Below are positions 58,701 to 64,000 of a stretch of 64,000 nt of DNA, in pieces. Position 1 is the first letter of the stretch, and every line of letters starts with the position of its first letter. The position numbers and the translations under genes are program-made. Source of the stretch: Amphiscolops sp. MND2022. Lineage: Eukaryota. Location of the stretch: assembly GCA_964187785.1 (NCBI GenBank), contig OZ076415.1, positions 22,506,001 through 22,570,000 on the forward strand. Direction: 5' to 3'. The notes under the pieces were generated by a model. The model was not told the origin of the DNA. It did no database searches and saw only the letters and a list, made by a program, of their open reading frames with translations.

Positions 58701-60958
58701 GATTAACGAGATGGGTAGATAGATTACTCCCATTTGATTTTGAAGTTGTGCACGTGGCAGGTAGAACACTAGGAATGGCAGATTATCTGTCGAGACACCC
58801 AACAGAGCTACAGGGATCATCGGTGAAAGCAGAAACCCTGTGGAATGAATGGTTCACGGTAAATAGCGTAATTAGCCTGAATGATGTTTTAGACAACAGC
58901 GAAGCAAGCAGCGTGAAAAGCAGGCCGGCGGAAAGTGCGAATGAAGCAAATACAGTCAATCACATTAATCAAGCAAAACGACGACAGCCAATCAAAATGC
59001 AGGACGAACGTAATTCGCGGGAAACAAGTAAGACTCATTGTAGCAATACCGCACGTACTCGCAAGATGAATCAAAGTCCGTCAATAAAAGCTTTAAACGA
59101 AAAACTCTTGCCGGCTAATTACAGCGCTGGCAAACTAATTCAGCGAGTCATCCGTTTAGTAAAAAATTATAATAAAACCGGCGTTACCCGCTTGCCGTCT
59201 CCTTGGCGAGAGAAATTTCAAGCTTTCTCTCTAGACGAACGGGAATTCCTTTACATGGATAACCGATTAGTTATTCCGCAAGCCATGAGACCGATGATCA
59301 TGTGTTCCCTCCATTATGGCCATCCTGGTCGAGATGCAATGCTCGCCATGATCGAGGATATTTGGTGGCCTCGCATTCACCGTGAGGTGATTGACCAGGC
59401 ACGACTATGCGAACAATGTCTCGAATCAGGTAAGAACCTAAAATACCTTTTGAAACAAAAGCAAATAGGAAAATTGCCTGAAGCGAAAGAGCAAAACGAA
59501 GAGGTGGCCCTAGATTTTGCTGGACCCTTCCAAAACGCTAAAAAAGGAAAAAACTATTTGTTAGTATCGGCGGACCATTTTTCGGGATGGCCAGACGCAA
59601 AATTTTTACACAGTCCAACAACTAGAAAAGTAATCGAATTTTTAAAACAATATATTGCACAATCGGCGTACCGAAGAAAATACGTACGGACCCGGGTACC
59701 GTATTCGTAAGTGAAGCGTTTAAGCAGTTTTGCGAGAAATTTGGAATAGACCACGTAATTTGTCCAATTAGAGATCACAGGGGAAATGGAAAAATTGAAA
59801 GATTAATCCGTACGATAAATGACCGACTACGGACGAATAAGCAAATCGTTCTGAGTAAGGATAAGTCCGGATTATCGGAAATCTTATACTCTCTGAGAAT
59901 AAGTAAGAAAAAAGACGGGAAATCGCCATTTGAAAAGCACATGGGGAAGGAGCCAAACACTGTAAAAGCAAACTTAGTGGGAAAGTTTCGAAATATTTTA
60001 GCTCAAGACTCGCAGGTGGAATTTCAACCCTCGGACTTCCATGGTGATACCGACTCAACGATACTGGTTCGTGAGAGAACAAAAGGGTCCAAATTGGAAT
60101 CAACCTTTGCAAGAAAGACGGGGAAAGTGCTAAGAGAGAAAGACCATACCATAGCGATACTCCCCGAAAACACCAAGCGACCAAAGACAGTCGAAGGTGC
60201 TCAAGAAAGTGGGACGACGAGCCCAAATTAACGATACCTCCAGTTCGAGTGAGCCCGAACAACCAGCCCCTAAAAAGGGAAAGGTAACAAAGCGGGGAGA
60301 AGCGAAAACCCCTGAAGTCGCCATTGAGTTCGAGGAAGAAAGACCCCCGTCCATAATTGATATCTCGTCAAATACTACAGAGAGCGAGGTCCAACCCAAA
60401 GGTCCTGTCAACCAAGGCGAAATGCAATACAAGACGGAAAGCAAAGCCCCGGGCGAAAAGAAAAGAGTTGAGAAATAAACTGTCCCTGTGAAAGCAACAA
60501 CTTCCTGGCAAGTTGAGAAAAGATCATCGGAGAGAAAACATGTTCCCCCCAAACGATACGGTATCGATCTGGTGATGAAGCACCCGAACGAGCCGCAAAA
60601 GAAAGGGGAAAACGCCATTGAAGAAAATTTGGTATGAATCCTAAAGGCACCAAACAGTTTGAGTTTCTAGTGCTGGCTATAACCTAGCGAACTATTTAAA
60701 CTGCTTACTGTTTTTAATTTGAGTTACATTTTAAAGCTGTATGTTATGCCCAAAAAGGGGGAGTGTAGTAGAGCGATGAATTGATTCAAACATTATGTAT
60801 GTAAACAAGTACCAGTAACATTGTCTAACTCTAACATTTACTACGCCTCAGTGCGTTCAAGCCTAAGTTCAAAAGACAGTTCGTTAAAAGTCTAAATTCA
60901 TCATCAATTCACATCTATCCCTCAATTCTTTTCATTCTAATTGAGTTCCACGTCAACA
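55779..60958 (+). mobile_element. Ty3/gypsy LTR retrotransposon 2, full length, related to element 1
   Basis: 195-bp LTRs 55779-55973 and 60764-60958 (5 mismatches), TSD GGCCA/GGTCA, PBS TGGCGCTGCGAGC at 55974, PPT aaaaagggggag. gag-PR(IDTGS)-RT(YIDD)-RH(CDAS)-IN. Confidence 0.97.
55973..60620 (+). pseudogene. gag-pol of gypsy element 2 (TGA at 56813-56815 and several frameshifts)
   Basis: ORF pieces 55973-56815, 56849-57409, 57409-57765, 57743-59710, 59941-60231 and 60197-60478 are collinear with element 1. The 3' end is approximate. Confidence 0.93.
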
Positions 60959-61693
60959 GGTCATTCCAAAAAACAAACAACGTTTCTCGAAAACGTTGTT
61001 TTTTCCGTGATTCTGTGGAAATCACTTCCACAAACACAAAACAGAAGTGGCCCAAATTGGCATGAAATGGTCGAATCGAAAAATTTCAGTTTTACTACTT
61101 TCATGGCATTTTCTAAACAAACTTCAGGTTTAGCCAAGAAAAGTTTGCTACCATGACAAATATTTCGTCTTCATCTGTGATAATTTTAATGACCACAAAA
61201 ACCATCGAAATCTGAAAAACACGCGCAATACGGTCAAAATATGAGTTTCAAGTAGTTTTGGAGTTTTCAACAAAAACCTTCGGAATTAATTTGAGATTTA
61301 TTTGTTTCTAATTGTCTGATCGTTGCACGCTGGAGTTTCTTGCGAAACATTCGAGCACTTTTCAAGAATGTGTAAAACGTACAAAAAAGCCGAATTGAGG
61401 TCCCTTTTGGTGCATTCAGAGATATTTCTTGGTTAGTGTTTTAGTAAGAGGGTAACTTGATAAAGCTCAAGTTCGAGTAAAGCTAATGCGAAATTCTGTT
61501 CCAGATGCAATATGGAAAACAATGCTAAATTTCAAGAAAGACCATATGGTGACTGATGCGACCTCTAATTTAGTGGTCAATACTTTTACAGGTATTTAGT
61601 AGAACATATGCGTCAATTTGAATTTTAGTAATATAAAAGCAATGTTTGTAATTGTTGTATTTTGTTAGAATACTTGTTGAAAAGAGTGTATCA

Positions 61694-62160
61694 TGTAAAA
61701 TTCAACTATACTCTAGCTCTGTTCTTTTTGTATTAATGTGTAGGAGAGAACATCATCTGCACTTATGTGGCAGGCAGGTACATACTATAAATAGCATGAT
61801 TGTCGATATAGACAATAAATAGAAACAAGGCAGACAAATTAGTTTCTAAATTCAGTTCGTCTGTCCTCCACATTACCCCTTCTACAATTGGTTGGTGTTT
61901 GGCCAATGGGGGTGTTGTATTTCCTGTTGTGGTGGCTATTCCTCCACTGGTCCAATGTATGGTGGACGGTTGACCGTTCCTGGCAATTTTGTCCATTCCA
62001 GTTCAGTTGTTTATTGGCCGTAACGTCTGGATGTTTGTTTTTGACCGGTCTAGAGATCGTCTTCTGTCCCCTCCGGTTGTCCAGTTGGTTGATTTGGTGT
62101 TGTTTCCGAATTCAGTCTTCTTACGGTTGTACTGACCTACATTAATAACCAATAGTATTT
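61694..62160 (-). mobile_element. 3' end of another LTR element (integrase tail, PPT, 179-bp LTR 61694-61872)
   Basis: On the minus strand the PPT-like agaaggggtaa directly precedes TGTGGAGGAC...TTTTACA. The upstream remnant reads QTSRRYGQ*TTELEW...RPPY. Confidence 0.55.
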
Positions 62161-62168
62161 AGATGTTT

Positions 62169-64000
62169 ATAATAGCACAAGAAAGCATAGAATGGTTGGA
62201 GTTCAAACTAACAAGAACGGGCATTTCCCCAATCAATGTATAAGCCCAGGGAATAAGCGATAGATTGAGACCGACAAATTTGAAGCAATTACGCTCATTT
62301 TTCGGAGCAGTTAACCAATTCAACAAATTCATACCTAATTTGGCAAGTATCAGTTTTCCATTTAGATCAATTCTGAAAAAGGACGCGGACTGGATATGGA
62401 ATGCCGAGCATGAAAAGGCGTTTGTGAAAATTAATGACGAAATTAAAGAAGTAGTAGAATTGTCTCATTTTAAAAGAAACCAAGAAATTAGAATCATTTG
62501 CGATGCAAGCAAACAAGGCTTAGGCGCAGTCTTACAACAAAGTCAAACCAAAGGGGAGTGGAGACCAATCTGCTTCGCTTCTAGGTTTTTATCGGATTTT
62601 GAGTCAAAATATTCTATAAATGAATTAGAGTTATTAGCAATTGTGTGGGCGGTAGAACATTTTGAAAATTATGTATGTGGTGTACTTTTTAAAATAATTT
62701 CTGATCACAAAGCATTAATGTCTGTACTAAAGCCAAATAGGGGAAACAAAACATTTTCCAGTAGATTAACGAGATGGGTAGATAGAATACTCCCATTTGT
62801 TTTTGAAGTTGTGCACGTGGCAGGTAGAACACTAGGAATGGCAGATTATCTGCCGAGACACCCAACAGAGCTACAGGGATCATCGGTGAAAGCAGAAACC
62901 CTGTGGAATGAATGGTTCACGGTAAATAGCGTAATTAGCGTGAATGATGTTTTAGACAACAGCGAAGCAAGCAGCGTGAAAAGCAGGCCGGCGGAAAGTG
63001 CGAATGAAGCAAATACAGTCAATCGCATTAATCAAGCAAAACGACGACAGCCAATCAAAATGCAGGACGAACGTAATTCGCGGGAAACAAGTAAGACTCA
63101 TTGTAGCAATACCGCACGTACTCGCAAGATGAATCAAAGTCCGTCAATAAAAGCTCTAAACGAAAAACTCTTGCCGGCTAATTACAGCGCTGGCAAACTA
63201 ATTCAGCGAGTCATCCGTTTAGTAAAAAATTATAATAAAACCGGCGTTACCCGCTTGCCGTCTCCTTGGCGAGAGAAATTTCAAGCTTTCTCTCTAGACA
63301 AACGGGAATTCCTTTACATGGATAACCGATTAGTTATTCCGCAAGCCATGAGGCCGATGATCATGTGTTCCCTCCATTATGGCCATCCTGGTCGAGATGC
63401 AATGCTCGCCATGATCGAGGATATTTGGTGGCCTCGCATTCACCGTGAGGTGATTGACCAGGCACGACTATGCGAACAATGTCTCGAATCAGGTAAGAAC
63501 CTAAAATTCATTTTGAAACAAAAGCAAATAGGAAAATTGCCTGAAGCGACAGAGCAAAACGAAGAGGTGGCCCTAGATTTTGCGGGACCCTTCCAAAACG
63601 CTAAAAAAGGAAAAAACTATTTGTTAGTATCGGCGGACCATTTTTCGGGATGGCCAGACGCAAAATTTTTACACAGTCCAACAACTAGAAAAGTAATCGA
63701 ATTTTTAAAACAATATATTGCACAAAACGGCGTACCGAAGAAAATACGTACGGACCCGGGTACCGTATTCGTAAGTGAAGCGTTTAAGCAGTTTTGCGAG
63801 AAATTTGGAATAGACCACGTAATTTGTCCAATTAGAGATCACAGGGGAAATGGAAAAATTGAAAGATTAATCCGTACGATAAATGACCGACTACGGACGA
63901 ATAAGCAAATCGTTTTGAGTAAGGATAAGTCCGGATTATCGGAAATCTTATACTCTCTGAGAATAAGTAAGAAAAAGGACGGGAAATCGCCATTTGAAAA
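62169..64000 (+). mobile_element. 5'-truncated pol copy of the gypsy 2 family (RT end-RH-IN), running off the window
   Basis: Near-identical to 58106-59936 (offset 4063-4064), with an early TAA (GTA TAA vs GCA AAA) but an intact frame at AQNGVPKK. Confidence 0.95.

Overview
AT-rich, intron-containing animal (probably invertebrate) genomic DNA dominated by transposable elements, with one 200-N assembly gap (15249-15448). Two host genes are supported. (1) A 10-exon plus-strand gene (8157-38072, about 716 aa) joins an intact-looking TKL/MLK-type Ser/Thr kinase in frame to a C-terminal WD40 propeller that appears collinear with TBL1/ebi; all junctions from exon 2 to exon 10 are GT-AG and phase-consistent. 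(2) An intronless minus-strand gene encodes a coiled-coil plus lamin-tail-domain protein (51168-52856). The first 7.9 kb is an unclassified, direct-repeat-bounded (LTR-like or tandem) element. It has no recognisable RT, integrase or transposase, but carries a putative linker-histone-fold plus triple AT-hook ORF and a dense array of GCGC-NN-GCGC palindromes. The rest holds two full-length Ty3/gypsy elements whose gag ATG is formed at the LTR/PBS junction, a truncated near-identical pol copy, a degenerate gypsy, an old BEL/Pao element, solo-LTR candidates, hAT/CGGBP1-like transposase remnants and MITE-like families. No tRNA, rRNA or CRISPR array was recognised. All family assignments are by-eye motif comparisons and need HMM/BLAST confirmation.
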